From Camelus ferus (Eukaryota): a DNA stretch of 64,000 bases. A program made the translations under genes and the position numbers. The stretch is from positions 46,316,001 to 46,380,000 of the forward strand of contig NC_045697.1 of the NCBI RefSeq assembly GCF_009834535.1, read 5' to 3'. Each line of letters starts with the position of its first letter. Within the stretch, counting starts at the first letter, position 1. Under the pieces are notes generated by a model. The model searched no databases. It saw only the letters and a list, made by a program, of their open reading frames with translations, and had not been told where the DNA came from. Shown here piece by piece: positions 40,444 to 53,340 of this stretch.

Positions 40444-42103
40444 ATTTCCACCTGTCTACCTTCTCATCTTCATCTGCAGTGAGCCATTCTCTGGAGGAGA
40501 GGTGTGGCAGGGGCTGAGAGAACCAGACTCTTCACTGAAGTCACCCTAGTGTGGATGAGTCTGTCTCCAACAAAGCCACTTGAAACTAAGCCTAAATTCA
40601 TGAGTTAAATAATTCAGGTAATGTTTGAAAAAACAAGAATTATCTGTTTGAGAAACATTTATGCTTGATTTTACGAAGCTTCAGAAGAGAAAATTGTGGC
40701 GTTACTAGGCAATTGGCAAAACAACTTTGCAATTTGAAATGAACCTCTTTCTCCTTCTGTTTTGGCCTGAGTCACTCTGGTTGCTGCAACCTCAAACTCT
40801 AGGGAGCAAACACTGGGCTAGAAGGAAGGAGAATTGAAGGGGCAGGAGACCCTGGCAGCAGGGGTGGACATGCTTAATGTATTTAAAAGATTAATAGTCG
40901 ATTTAAATTAAAATTGCCAACACAAAGCATGTTGTACCAAACTCACAAATGTATGGGTAACAACCATATGGGCTACAGCTTAGGCCAGTGACTTGTTTTT
41001 ATACTGTGACGGGCATAGAGTAGGGCTTTTTATTCTGAAGGTGGAAAGATATACCTTTTATTTGTCACGCAAATTAGAAATAGACACTTAAGTACAAGAA
41101 CTCATGTTCAGATTTTTTTTCTCCCAAGTAGTGCAGCCCATCATTTTTTTGGTGTGGTGCCAGAATACGATACTGTAAAAAATCTGAACGTTTTCCTCCT
41201 ACTGCAGCAGTTTAAAATGGTCTTGTGATTTAGTGGTTTTTAATGAGTATAACAGTAGCAATTATTCCTATATATAATACAATATATTAACCACCACGGA
41301 TTACAAAGTAGCAATACTTAAGTTAATGCATTCCTTTTTCAGCAGTATTCAGATTTTTCTGTAGGGACTGAATTGCTTATAGAGAGATTGGCATGAAAAT
41401 ACAGAAAGCATTTGGGGTACATTTAATGAGCTTGAATTCTAGAGCTCTCCTCTCTTTCCTGCTTTTCCGCTACAGTTCTGCAGTTCACAAAAAATATCCT
41501 CTGGAGGAAAATATTTTGTAATTTGTATGAGTAGCACTACCAGCAATGTTAGGCTTTGCGAAGCCTCTGGCAGGTCTTAATTAACTTGATTCAGACTCAG
41601 AAGTGAATGACACTCTGCCTTCAGCCTTAGCACAGGAACCTGCCGTTTCATTCAGTGTTCTTTCCTTCTGACCATCTCTGTCTAAATGGGCAGTAGCAAT
41701 GTTTATAACCAACCTCATGAGAGCTTTCACAAAGAGTTGAAACAACAAATTCCTAAAAATAAGGAATGGATAAGGCAGTCACGTATCAGTGAAAACTAGA
41801 ATAAAATAGTAACCAGATGTCAAAATATAATTTCTTGTTTTTACTGAAAAGAAATGAAATATTCAAAAATATTAAGATATTATTAAAACACTAACATAAT
41901 GCTAAGTAACACGGTTGATGTTCAGGACGAATATTTGGCTCAATAGATACTTAATTGCTCAAGTTTTACTTTGTCAGTGACACATAACATTTTATGATTT
42001 CTTTATTTCTGGTATAGATGATGAAACAGAAATCTGTTGTTTGAGAATGGCACAATCCAGACAGTATCTCTATCAGGGTAGATATGAGTCACAAATTAGG
42101 GTA

Positions 42104-42250
42104 GGGGAATAGGGGATAGCTCAGTGGTAGAGTGCATGCCCAGCATTCATGAGGTCCTGGGTTCAACCCCCAGTACCTCCATTTCAAAAAAATTTAAAAA
42201 TAAATAAATTAATCTCATCACACACCCCCTCCCACATACACACACACAAA
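42104..42250 (+). mobile_element. tRNA-Ala-derived SINE, vic-1-like (Camelidae)
   Basis: A box TAGCTCAGTGG (42117-42127), B box GGTTCAACCCC (42160-42170), CTCCA end, AT-rich and C-rich tail, flanking AAATTAG direct repeat. Confidence 0.85.
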
Positions 42251-43310
42251 ATTAGATCTGGGAAGAAGTGGCCCGAGTGGCAGAAAAGTCACTGGCAGAT
42301 AGACCGTTTTCTGTGAACGTACTACAGTGAGAACGTCAATGAAGATAACATCCAAAGCAGATAATCAGAAACCACCTGCCCTAGCCCTGAACTTTTATGG
42401 ATAGTTCAAAGAATCTTCCAGAGAATTTCTTCTCCTACCCTACATTGTGCCATTTTAGATAGTTATGTGAAATTGGTTTTCAAGGAATTTAATTGAGCCA
42501 AATCTGAGTCTTTTGAGGTTTTCCTATTGCTGGTAATCACCTCATTAAGAACCTGAAATGGGCACCTTGTTTTCTTAATGCTCCTGTTGAGACTACAGTG
42601 ATTGATTCCCGTCCTTTGTAACTGAATTAAAAGCTTAATTAAATTTATGGGTGTTTTTAAACTGTATAAAAATAGGGCTCGTTCATTTATTAATTTCCTA
42701 AGAGTAAAGTGAAAATATTATTGCCAATTCCCTTTTTTTCTGCTTTGTAACAAAGATTAAAATTAGAAATGCCTCCAAAGGAGTGAATGAACGCACAGTC
42801 AAATTATTCACTTCTTGCTGACTTTGTATCTAGAATTGTGCAAGAGACAGAAAAATAGAAAATATAATAATTCTTAATCTTGTATAGTACTAGGTGAGAA
42901 TGATTGTATAAGTGCAGAAGGCTTTATAATCCACAGTGCAATAAATAACCAAAGCTTAAAGTGAATTATTTTAAATATTGTGCAAAAATTTTTAAATTCA
43001 CTGCTTTCTGATTATTTCATGTGTTAGTTTTTTTTCTCCTTCACTACTTTTTAGGTTTAATAAGAGATTTTATTTCTTTTGCATCATTCTCTAACCCCTG
43101 AGACTAACTTGAATACTGTAGAAATATTTCACTCTTTCTTTCATCATTATAATTGAACTTTTATGAGGAAATTAATCATCTAAAAAGAAAAAGAAACTTT
43201 GATAGAATTAAAAAGATGTGAGAACATTTTGGCTGTTCATTTAGGGTTTGGATGTGAGATTAAGTGAAAAACTTCTCGTGTGGGAATCTTTGAAGCAGGG
43301 TTCCAAAGTG

Positions 43311-43650
43311 CATGTGTCTCTTGGTATCCAGTATGCACAGAGGATTGGTTCCAGAACACACCCCCATCCCCTGCAGATACCAAAACCTGTGGATACTCAA
43401 GTCTCTTACATGAAATGGTAGTATTTACCTACAACCTACACCCATCCTCCTTATCTTTAAACATCTCTAAATTACTTATTATACCTAATATAATGCCTAT
43501 GTAAGTAGTTGTCAGTGCATAGCAAATTCAAGTTTGGCTTTTTGGAACTTCCTGGAATTTTTAAGAAACCTTTTTGATCTGAGGTTGGTTGAATTTGCTG
43601 GTGTGGAATCCACGGATACAGAACTTGTGTGATAGGAAGGGCTGAATGTA
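43311..43650 (+). mobile_element. MER2/MER2B-like TcMar-Tigger element
   Basis: GGATTGGTTCCAGAAC...GATACCAAAACCTGTGGATACTCAAGTCTCTT...GCAAATTCAAGTTTGGCTTTTTGGAACTT...GAGGTTGGTTGAAT. Confidence 0.8.
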
Positions 43651-46588
43651 ATGCTACCAATTATAGTGCTGATTTAGGAAAGAAAATGGTAATGGTTTTG
43701 AGAGTAGCAAGTTTTGATAGAAGATCTGGAAACAGAAGTTAAATAGCACTGTGTTATTTTAAAAATTATCTGAATAGAGACTGATGAAAATTCTAGCAAA
43801 AAAGAGGGCACCTTTACTAAATAATTAGGTAATTTGTAATACTTGTTTAAGAGTGATGACTGAAACAACTGAACTCCTTTAAAGTGTAGCATCATGATAC
43901 TGGCAATGAGGTTATTCCCTCCATTTAGAATTATGAATAATATCTCAGTATTAGAATATGTGACCTGCAATCAGGGTTGTACATATAATCCTGATAAATT
44001 CCCTTCTCTTACAACTTTAGAATGGGATCATAGTTCTTCGTGCTTTTTTGGGGTCGGGGAGGCATATATAGGTCCTACTGGAAGTTAAGTCATCTCCTGA
44101 GAGTATATTAACTCAAGTGTCACTCTAGACAACAGAAATGCACCACATATTAATGTAGTGAATGTGAAACAGCAAATGCTCCTTCCAAAAACAAGGAGCC
44201 AAGTACACACGAGTGAGCAGAGCAGCCTCATTTTAAGTTCACCTTAGATCTCCAAGTTCTTTGATTAATTGTAAACATCTTAAAACTTCTTCACATTACA
44301 ATTTCTGCAGCCAAGGGAAATTAAGACTTTCTTCCCACTTTATACCACGTACCTTAGGCACGTAAGCATAAATGTCAGTGTGCTGTCCTGCTCTTTGGTT
44401 CCCACTTTGCCTCCTCATATTCATGTTTAGCCCAGCCTTCGCCTAACTTAATGCTCCTTCTGGCATTTCCCCCAGTTTTAGGTCACCTTTTTTCCAGTCC
44501 AGCTGGCCTTTAAGATTTTCTTTTCATGTCCACTATTTCTGGACAGTGTACCCCAAATTCCCTGTCACTTCTTCATTTGCACTTTTGTGGACCATGATGT
44601 GCCACCACACGTTATGCATAATTTCAGGAATGTTGCTTCTAGTTGAGCAAATTATGTCCCGCATGAAGGTGGAAAGCAAGGGAGTACTGGGAATGGTCCC
44701 TGAAATCCAGCGCACTCTGTGCTGCCAAGCTGGGTCAGCCTCGGGGAGAGAAAGGGCATTTGTTCTAGTGGGTCAAGGTATGGTGACTTTTTAAAAAAGG
44801 AACATACAGTTTGTAAACTCTCCACACTGGTAGAGGGCATGCATTTTAATTTCAGGAGCATGTTCCAAACCTGTCTATTCTTACTTAGCAATGGCCAGCA
44901 CTGTTTAGTTGTTTTCTTAATAGGCTGCCCAGAGTCAGTCCTCCAAAAGCATCCAGGATCTCACTTCAATGACTGGTGGGTCTCCTTCATGGAAGAACCG
45001 CTGGATACATAGATATTTCTTTGATTGGAACTTGACTAACGAGGGTTTTTGGTTTTTTTTTTTTTTTTTTTTTGGCTCCAGTATCTAGCTTGAAGTTTTC
45101 TTTAAAATGATTCTTTGCATCAGACTACTTGCCATTTCGTCTCTGTTAGACAGAAACAGTGGTAGGAACACATGGCATTTGCTCGTGTTCATCGTGTGTC
45201 AGGCCTTGAACTTCATGGGCGTGTCTACAGGTCTCCCAGTGCCTCCATGAGGCCATGCTGTTGTCCACATTTTATAAATGAGGACAATAAAGTGGAAAAG
45301 ATAAGTTGCTCCCAGTCAAATGACTCTCAAATGGTAGATCTGGTTTTGAAAGATGAAAAAATGTTTACATGCTTGACCTCTCCTTTCATCTTATGCTAAA
45401 GCATTGACAGTCATTTACTAATATTCTTGTCACAGAAATTCTGCTCTACAGGTTTTTTCATACAGCTTCCCTGTGCCACAGTTTATATCTGAGAGAAAGC
45501 TCAAAACAGTAACAACTATTTAATTTCTTCCAGTAATTTGATTCAATGGTAAGATTATAATTTAGAAAAAGTAACTTCAGTTGTGTGTGTGTGTGTGTGT
45601 GGAGTAAGTTGGGGTAAAATACATAAGTAACTAAGATGATAAGTTTTCTTTGAACTTTTTGTTATTACAAAACAAATACATACTCATTAAAGAAAAATTG
45701 TGTAAGTTTCAAGACAAAGAAGAAGAGTGTCTTCTCATGTCATGTCACACAAACCGAAACTATCAAAGAATTACCTCAAAATTTTTCTGAACCTATTTTT
45801 AATTAGAGTTGAAATCATACTATAGAAAAGCTAATTTCCACCCTGCTTTAAAATTATACCATTCTTGGGTTTTTTTACATTGTTATGTAATTTTCATGAT
45901 AACAGTCACATAACCTTTTATTTTAATTAGTGTAGGAATCCCCTATGATTGGCTATTTCATAGTTTTTCATGGTGGGACGGCTACCATTATAACTGATGT
46001 AGCAATGATTACTTTTATTCGAAGCTGGGTATTTTTAAGGAGGAAATAAATAAGTAAATAAATTCATCTATTTAGTTAGATAACAAATAAACAGCATATT
46101 TTGGTATATTAATAGACAAATGATAATTTCAGGTAGCAGGAGCTATAAAGAAAACAAAATGAGGTAAGAAATAGAGAATGGGTGCGAAGAGTCTACAGAT
46201 ACTCCGATGCACGTGCATTTGTGTATGCATTCAGGCAGTTGCAGGAATTAGATTATCCTCATTCAATGTTATTTCTAAGGATATATCACTTATCTAAATA
46301 CTTTCTAAATTAATACATGTGTGGCAAATAAAGCAAATTAAATATGTTCATCTGCTAAAGAATATCTATTGTTGATCTGGGAACAAGCAGTGAGCTCTCA
46401 CAGTCGCAGCTTTAACCTTGCCAATCACAGACTTCCTGTAAGTGCACTGCAGTTATTTGGAACCTTTTCTGGGTTGGCGTTGGCATTCTTTTGCTAGATT
46501 ACATTTATGCATTAGTACCATCTGTGCCTGCTGTACCTTCTGTGAGTGAGCCCTGGCCAAATGACTGGCATTTATCTGAAAGTGGGGG

Positions 46589-46631
46589 GAGAGAGTGAGA
46601 GAGAGAGAGAGAGCGAGAGAGAGAAAGAGAG
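46589..46631. repeat. Imperfect (GA)n repeat
   Basis: Direct reading. Confidence 0.85.
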
Positions 46632-47964
46632 GGATCCTAGAACATGTATTTCACTCACAAGTACAGTTTAAGAAAGAATGAAATATTTGCAGCTGGTGTC
46701 CCTGACTTCAACCCTTACAAAGTTAACCCTATTCATTTGCTTTCTCTTAAAATGTATATGTATATTATATATATTATATATATGACATAGCTATTTACTT
46801 TTAGTCTGTGATATGCAAAAGAAGTTAAAACCAAGCATTTAAATAAGGAAATAAAACAAAGCACATTTGCAAAATTTTCAAGTTGAGAAAAATTATGTAT
46901 GATTTGAGTATGTGTATAGACATGAATAGACATAATGTAAGTTTGGTTTTGTTGATTAGATTTAGTAGACTGCTTGAACTGGACTCTATTTTGGTGAATG
47001 TGTTGAAATCGAGACTTAAGAATATTACAGTCATATGCAGGAAAAGTATGGCTCTGTATGGAACATATAATCAGAATACTGATTTTATTCTATAAAATCA
47101 TTGTGAGATTATATTATTTTAAACTGTATGGTATTGCAAAATAGATCAGCAAGTAAAACCTACTCTAAAAATGTTAATGGAAATAGATAAATAATTCTCT
47201 GATTAGTAAAAATAAATGTCGAAGAGTCGCAGCTCATTTACACTATTTTCTGTTTTTATCTTGTACCTATTTTTAGTGGACTTGACTCTCTGGTTTTCAT
47301 ACCTGCAGCAAATTAGAAGCAGTACAGTTGACTTGGGCGGGGGCTGCGAAGGAGGGGTACATCATAGTTATGAGAGGTGAGGGTTGCAAGGAAGAGAATG
47401 AGAGAACTGACAGACACAAGACTGCAAAGAACAGCTTCACGTTCCCCAGAACGCCCTAAGGACACTGCTGGACTACATCCTGCTGTAATAATCAGTATTC
47501 ACCATTACAAAACTTTGTCTTGGGTATGAGACTATGTGCAGCCAACTCCGTTTAGGAAGATAGAAATGTATGTTATTGAAAAGAGTTTCATCCTAAATGA
47601 GAAGTGTATAAAGTTTTAGGACTTAATGTCATTAATCCACACCATCCTTACACACTAGCTTGTATTGTGCAAGTATTAGAAATCAGAGGTCATTTCCTGT
47701 GGTCTCAAAAAGATTAGGTCTCACACAAATTCCCTTTGAAAATTTTATATTCCTTTTCATAATATTCTTCAGATTTAGTTTATAATGTATTTAATTTCTG
47801 AACTTCTACCAGATTTAAGTTTCATAAAGGTGAGCATTTTTCCCTATATTCCCATCCAGTAATATTTCATTATCTCTAACGGAATTTTAAAAGATCTATA
47901 CGGATATCCAAGATGCAGAATTTTATTAATGCTTTAGTGGTGATGATTATGGGTGTTGGAAGTT

Positions 47965-48190
47965 GACTCTCCTGCGTCCAGATCCTGTGGCTGCTGTTTA
48001 TTTACAGTGAACTTTTGAGTAAATAATTTACCTTTTCCAGGCATCAGTTTCCTGATCTGTAGATTTGGGGTATTAATACCTGCCACATAGAAGTGATGAT
48101 TAAATAACCCCAGTGCTTATAAAGCCCTTGGAAAAGCACTTGATATATAAGGACTAAATTGTGTAATGGTTGGTCACAATTATCATTGCT
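47965..48190 (+). mobile_element. MIR SINE
   Basis: GCATCAGTTTCCTGATCTGTAGATTTGGGGTATTAATACCTGCCACATAG core. Confidence 0.65.
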
Positions 48191-49164
48191 GTTGTTGTCA
48201 GAAAATTATTGGTTATATTTATGTGGAATATAGTTGGTTATGGTTCAAATTATGTTTTTAAATATGATTGTACCTGGCTTCTCTGCTTTCTGTTTTATGT
48301 ATATTTAGCCATGAAATCAGTTTGGAAAGGTCTTTGGAATCACAGTGGTATTACAGCGTTAGCACTAGGAGAAAGAAAAGCCACAGAGTCGGCTCCTGTC
48401 CTAGGCACCGGGTCCTGTCTCAGTTGGAGAGGCTAGTGGTGGCAGCAGTGTTAAGGACAGCTAATGAGAACTTTATTCTTTCCTCAACAACAGTTAGAAT
48501 CTTTATGTTTTTGTCTTGGATGGCTGAGTCTGTGCATCTGGTCCTATGTCCACCAGGCGGTAGGCAGTGGGGGAGAAGACCCCTTCTGGAGCCGACTGGA
48601 GTGACTGAGGGAACTGAACGGAGGCTGGGGGCAACCAGCAGAGCCATTGCCTCCCACTCTCAATTACCAGGATAATTGTTCCACTCTGAATTACTTATTC
48701 TCAACTCTTGCATATAGTCAAGACTTTGTTTGACTGTTAACATTCCATTGAGATTAGGATAGTAATATATCTCAACTAGAATTCTGAGTTAATTTTTGAA
48801 ATATCAAATATTTTCTTGGCTATATATCCTGCAAAAATGCTTATTAAACGATACTTATTTTTACATGCCACCATTAGTTTTATTATATTAAAAGGAATTG
48901 ACTGTCATGACAGATAATTAGGATAAATATACTTACATATAGAAAGAGAATCACATATTAGTAATTTGTAATAAAGTCTGATATATCTTTAAAAATAAAT
49001 TAATATACATTTGATTTAAATGTACCTTTCCTAAGATTCCTAACTTGGTTCTTACTGGTATATGGGAACTTTTTTATTTTTTTATATCTTGAATTCATCT
49101 ATCAGTGCAATCTATAAATTATGATAGTATTTCCGTTGATTTTTAAATTCCTGAAATAATAACT

Positions 49165-49540
49165 CTTTATAGTGGTAAAACATGTATAACATAAGATTTA
49201 CAGTTTTAACCATTTTTAAGTGTACAATTCAGTAGCATGAAGTGCATTGACATTGTCATACAGCCATCACCCCTGTTCCTCTCCAGAACTTTTTCAAAAC
49301 TCCATACTGAAATTCTGTACCCGTTAAACAATAACTTCCCCTTGTTCCCTCCCCCTATCCCCTGGTGAGCATTATTTATTTTTCTGTCTCTATGAGTTTG
49401 ATTATTCTAAGTGCCACATAAAAGTGGAATCACATAATACTTGTCTTTTTTTTGGTCTGTCTTATTTCACTTAGCATAATGTTTTTAAGGTTCTAGCCTG
49501 TGTCAAATGTCATTCTTTTTAAGCCTGAGTAATAATCCAC

Positions 49541-49609
<69 letters not shown>

Positions 49610-49930
49610 CACATTTATTTATCCATTCATCTGTGAATGGACATTTGGGTTGTTTCCACCTTTTGCCTATTTTGAATAGTGCTGCTGTCAACACAAGTTT
49701 ACAAATACCTGTTTGAGTCAGTTCTTTTGGGCATATACTCAGAAGTGGGATTGCTGGATCATATGATAATTCTATCTTTCACTTTTTAAGGAACTACCAT
49801 GCTATCTTCCATAGTGCACTTTTTATATATCCCTCAGTAATGCATGAAGATCCCAGTATCTCCACTTCTTTGCCAACACTTGCTATTTTCTGTTTGTTTG
49901 ATGATATCTATCCTAAGAGGTGTGAAGTGG
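49165..49930 (-). mobile_element. Older LINE-1 (L1MA/L1MB-like) 3' end with a (TG)n expansion
   Basis: TTAACCATTTTTAAGTGTACAATTCAGTAGC...GGACATTTGGGTTGTTTCCACC...GGGATTGCTGGATCATATG; ORF 49503 gives AALFKIGKRWKQPKCP. Confidence 0.9.
49547..49604. repeat. (TG)15TT(TG)13 microsatellite
   Basis: Direct reading. Confidence 0.95.
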
Positions 49931-52900
49931 AATAAAGATAGGTTTTGGGTTTTTTTTAGCTTCTACTTTTCCACTTACTTTTCCCATTTGTAAATAGATA
50001 GTGTGTACTTCCAACTGAAGCATTTTGCTTAGCATAGGAATACAAAGGTAAGAGAGTTACCTAGTAAGTTATGGTAACCTTACAGCAGCTTTTCCATATA
50101 AGAAACATAGTTGCACTTCTTAGTTCATTTAAAAATATCTAAAGACATGTTATGTTTAGCTGTCTCCACATTTGATGAAATAGATATATTTTAAAAATAA
50201 AGTAGTTACTTTCACATGAAAGTTTTTCCAGATCTTTATGAATTCTCATTTTCCTTTCTAAGCTTAAAGTCAGATCTCTTTGTTTGCTTCAATATGACAA
50301 CAGTCTCATTCCTCTTTGCAACTACATAGGCTAAAACAACCATCTGGATGGAAAGTTGACATGTGGCTTGTAAAATGAGAAGGTTAGAACGACAACCTTC
50401 TTCCATCAAGTTAGACACACTCCTATCTCATTGATAACATGGTTTGATCAACTTTTTTTTAGTAGACATGATTGGGATTGCTATGTTTTGGTAACTTAAA
50501 TGTTCTGGTTTGCTAAATCCTCTCAAAAACATGCACAAGAAAATATGAATCAAATGGATTATCAATTCTTAAAAAATGGATTCAAACTGTCATTTTAAAA
50601 TACTGGTTGATTTATTCAACACATATCAATCACTGTTAATTCAGCAGACCCTTGGCAATCTTGCAAGTTTTCCAAAGCCATCATTTTGAATCAATTTTAG
50701 GTCTATAGTTCTCCCAAAGTAAAGAACATAGGACATTGAAGAGACTGTTTCAGAACACACTGATTGGTGGTAAATAATTTGTAAGATCATTTTATTAGGC
50801 AAAATTTGTCTTTTTCCCATAAAAGGGAAATGCAACAAAAGAGAAATACTTTAAAAATTCCTCTTGTCTAGAGAACAGCTGAATGATGTTAACTTCTTCT
50901 TTGCCCAATACCAACTAGTTCATGGACACCACCTCTGTAATAATGCAGTTAGTGGATAGATGGATGTTATTACACTGATGGTACTGGCTGGTTGCTGCTA
51001 ATTAATTCACTCACTGGCTGATTTGTAAAGGTGTTGTTTTTAATATTGCTCAATAATAAATGACCCCAACTCACACCAAGAGGACTCTCTTGATATAATC
51101 CTTTTAAAATGTAGGAGTGAATTTTGTAGAACCTGAATAACTGAGATATTAGCTATGGAAATTTTAAGTCCTGAAAGTTAGTATGATTATAGCAAAGAGA
51201 TTATATTTTTGTTAGTTCTGAGTCTCAATAACCTGCATGATTTGAAATTACTATAAAGTAGTATTTGTGCCTGGATTTCAGATTTGCTTTTTCTTATTCC
51301 CATATGCTCTATTTTAAACATATGTTAAGTTGTATATTTAAAGCTGGAAGTACCAAAAAACCCACATAAAAATATGTTTTCTTTATTATCAAAGGCTTCA
51401 ATGCCATCATCTTTTTTTTTTTTTTTTGGAAAAAAAAGAAGAGTGAATATAATTTAAGTCTGTAAAATAGATTTTTAATAGCACCAAATAGAATGAACAT
51501 CTGGCTTTCTTTTTGCAAGGTGCATTAATGTTGTCAGAAGAGACTGAATAAAAATGCTGATACGATTGTCCAGGTTTGGGGTTTGCTGGTACAAGAATAT
51601 TTTATTCATTCAGTCTTCTCTAAGTTCCAAAGATAGATGTTGACTCTGATGAAAAAATACAATGATATATATTTAGAATGACCAATCTTTCACGTTTAAA
51701 TCTCAAAATGCGCTGCTGCAGTTGGATTTTTCTCAGGGATGCCATTCAAGCAATACATGACATTGTCATCTCACATAGCCTTTCTGTCTGTGATGATAGG
51801 GTGCCAGGTTAGAGTGTGACAGCTCGGCACGGCTTTTATTGTGGCGTTGTCCTGACGCAGGACTACCTGCACCTCTCTTTTGTTTCCGTCAAAGAGATAT
51901 TTTCAAGTGTCAAGGTCTGGGAATTGAGTTTTCATTGTCATATTTTAACAGTCTGACAGAGACTGAATTTAAAGGAAGCAAGCTTTATGAACACCCCGAT
52001 TTTCTGCAAATGCGAAAGGCAGCGTCTTGCCTTTTCCTTTCACCTTCCTGACTCTGAAGAATGTTCTGTGTACCGGTCTTGCCTGGAATTAATAATTTTC
52101 TAATAATCTCTTACCAAAGGAAGAACAACTCCAATAATGCATTGTAGATTACGGACTTTCTTGTTCATCTTAAATAAGATGTAGTAATTGAAGTTGATTG
52201 TCAATTATAGTTTATTCTTTTCAAGAATATTTTTATTCTTTTTAAGTCCAAATCTTATTGATGAAGAGTTCAGTATTAACTAAATCTTAAACTTTCATTC
52301 ACATTTGTCAGCAAATGCCATCAATTTTAAGAGTTTTTTTTTTTTAAATATGTCTTTTGGGAAATCTGCATGAATTGTGCTGTATTGTTTTCAAATGACT
52401 AATTACTAATGATGTTAGTAATCAGGAAATACAGGATAATTCCTCCTGAAGCATAGCTTGGTCTCTAGAATTTTATCGACACACATGGAGGTAGTAAGTG
52501 GCATGCCACACATGATGTTGATTTCTTTGACAGAGAATTAAGAGGCATAAAGGAAAATAAACGCCCACAAAATCAGCTAATTAACTGGGCACTGATCTAA
52601 CGTTTCATTGCTTCATGACATGTTTACGTGCGATTAGGTTACTCACAATGACCACTTCCTGCTTGTCAAACATGTGTTGCATTTAGATCTACGGATCATA
52701 ACGGACTTAGCATACATACTGTTATCTCTGTCTTCTCTGTCGGTGGTTTCGGGCATGAAGCGGACCTCACTTCCTACCATCTGCTCTCTATTTAAAATTG
52801 ACATCAAGTTCAGTTCCTCCCTGATGCCTACTTGCCTTCCAGCTCAGAACACTTCTGTCCTGCAGTTCAGCCATTTCCCTATCATGCCTAGCCCCTGGGC

Positions 52901-53224
52901 CGACACGTAGGAAACAAGACATCTAGGGCTGCTTCAATATCCACGTCACAAAATAATCCAGGAGGACTTTCGCCATGGAACAGTTGCCTCTATTGCAGAC
53001 TTACGAGTCAGTTAAAAACTGAAGTGTAGTTTTATAGCTTTGAATTTGTATGTTTAGACAGGGGATCCATTGTCCTGTATTTTATAGCTTGCTAATCATG
53101 GTGCAGTTAGAGTGAACTACCTCAGTATTCATATGACTATTGATATCAATATCAATTATATGTTTCAGAGAGATATATTAGCTGCATAGATCAAATTTAA
53201 TGTTTCAAACCCAGTAGTTGTAAT

Positions 53225-53340
53225 TAATTCAGCAAATATTTTTAAGCACTTAAACTGTAGGATGAACACTGTCTTAGGTATTTGCAAAATGGTAGTTAAA
53301 AAAAAAATCATGAAGCTTACAGTCTAGGAAAGAAGGTAAG
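53225..53340 (-). mobile_element. L2 3' end fragment
   Basis: TAATTCAGCAAATATTTTTAAGCACTTAAACTGT...CACTGTCTTAGG...TCATGAAGCTTACAGTCTAG. Confidence 0.6.

Noticed and set aside
42112..42181. Functional tRNA-Ala(AGC) gene
   Set aside because: Acceptor and anticodon stems are mismatched, it has a SINE-type tail and TSD, and there is no T-run terminator; it is a SINE
48170..48675. Overlapping 75-135 aa ORFs
   Set aside because: No recognisable homology or exon structure; non-ATG starts on the + strand
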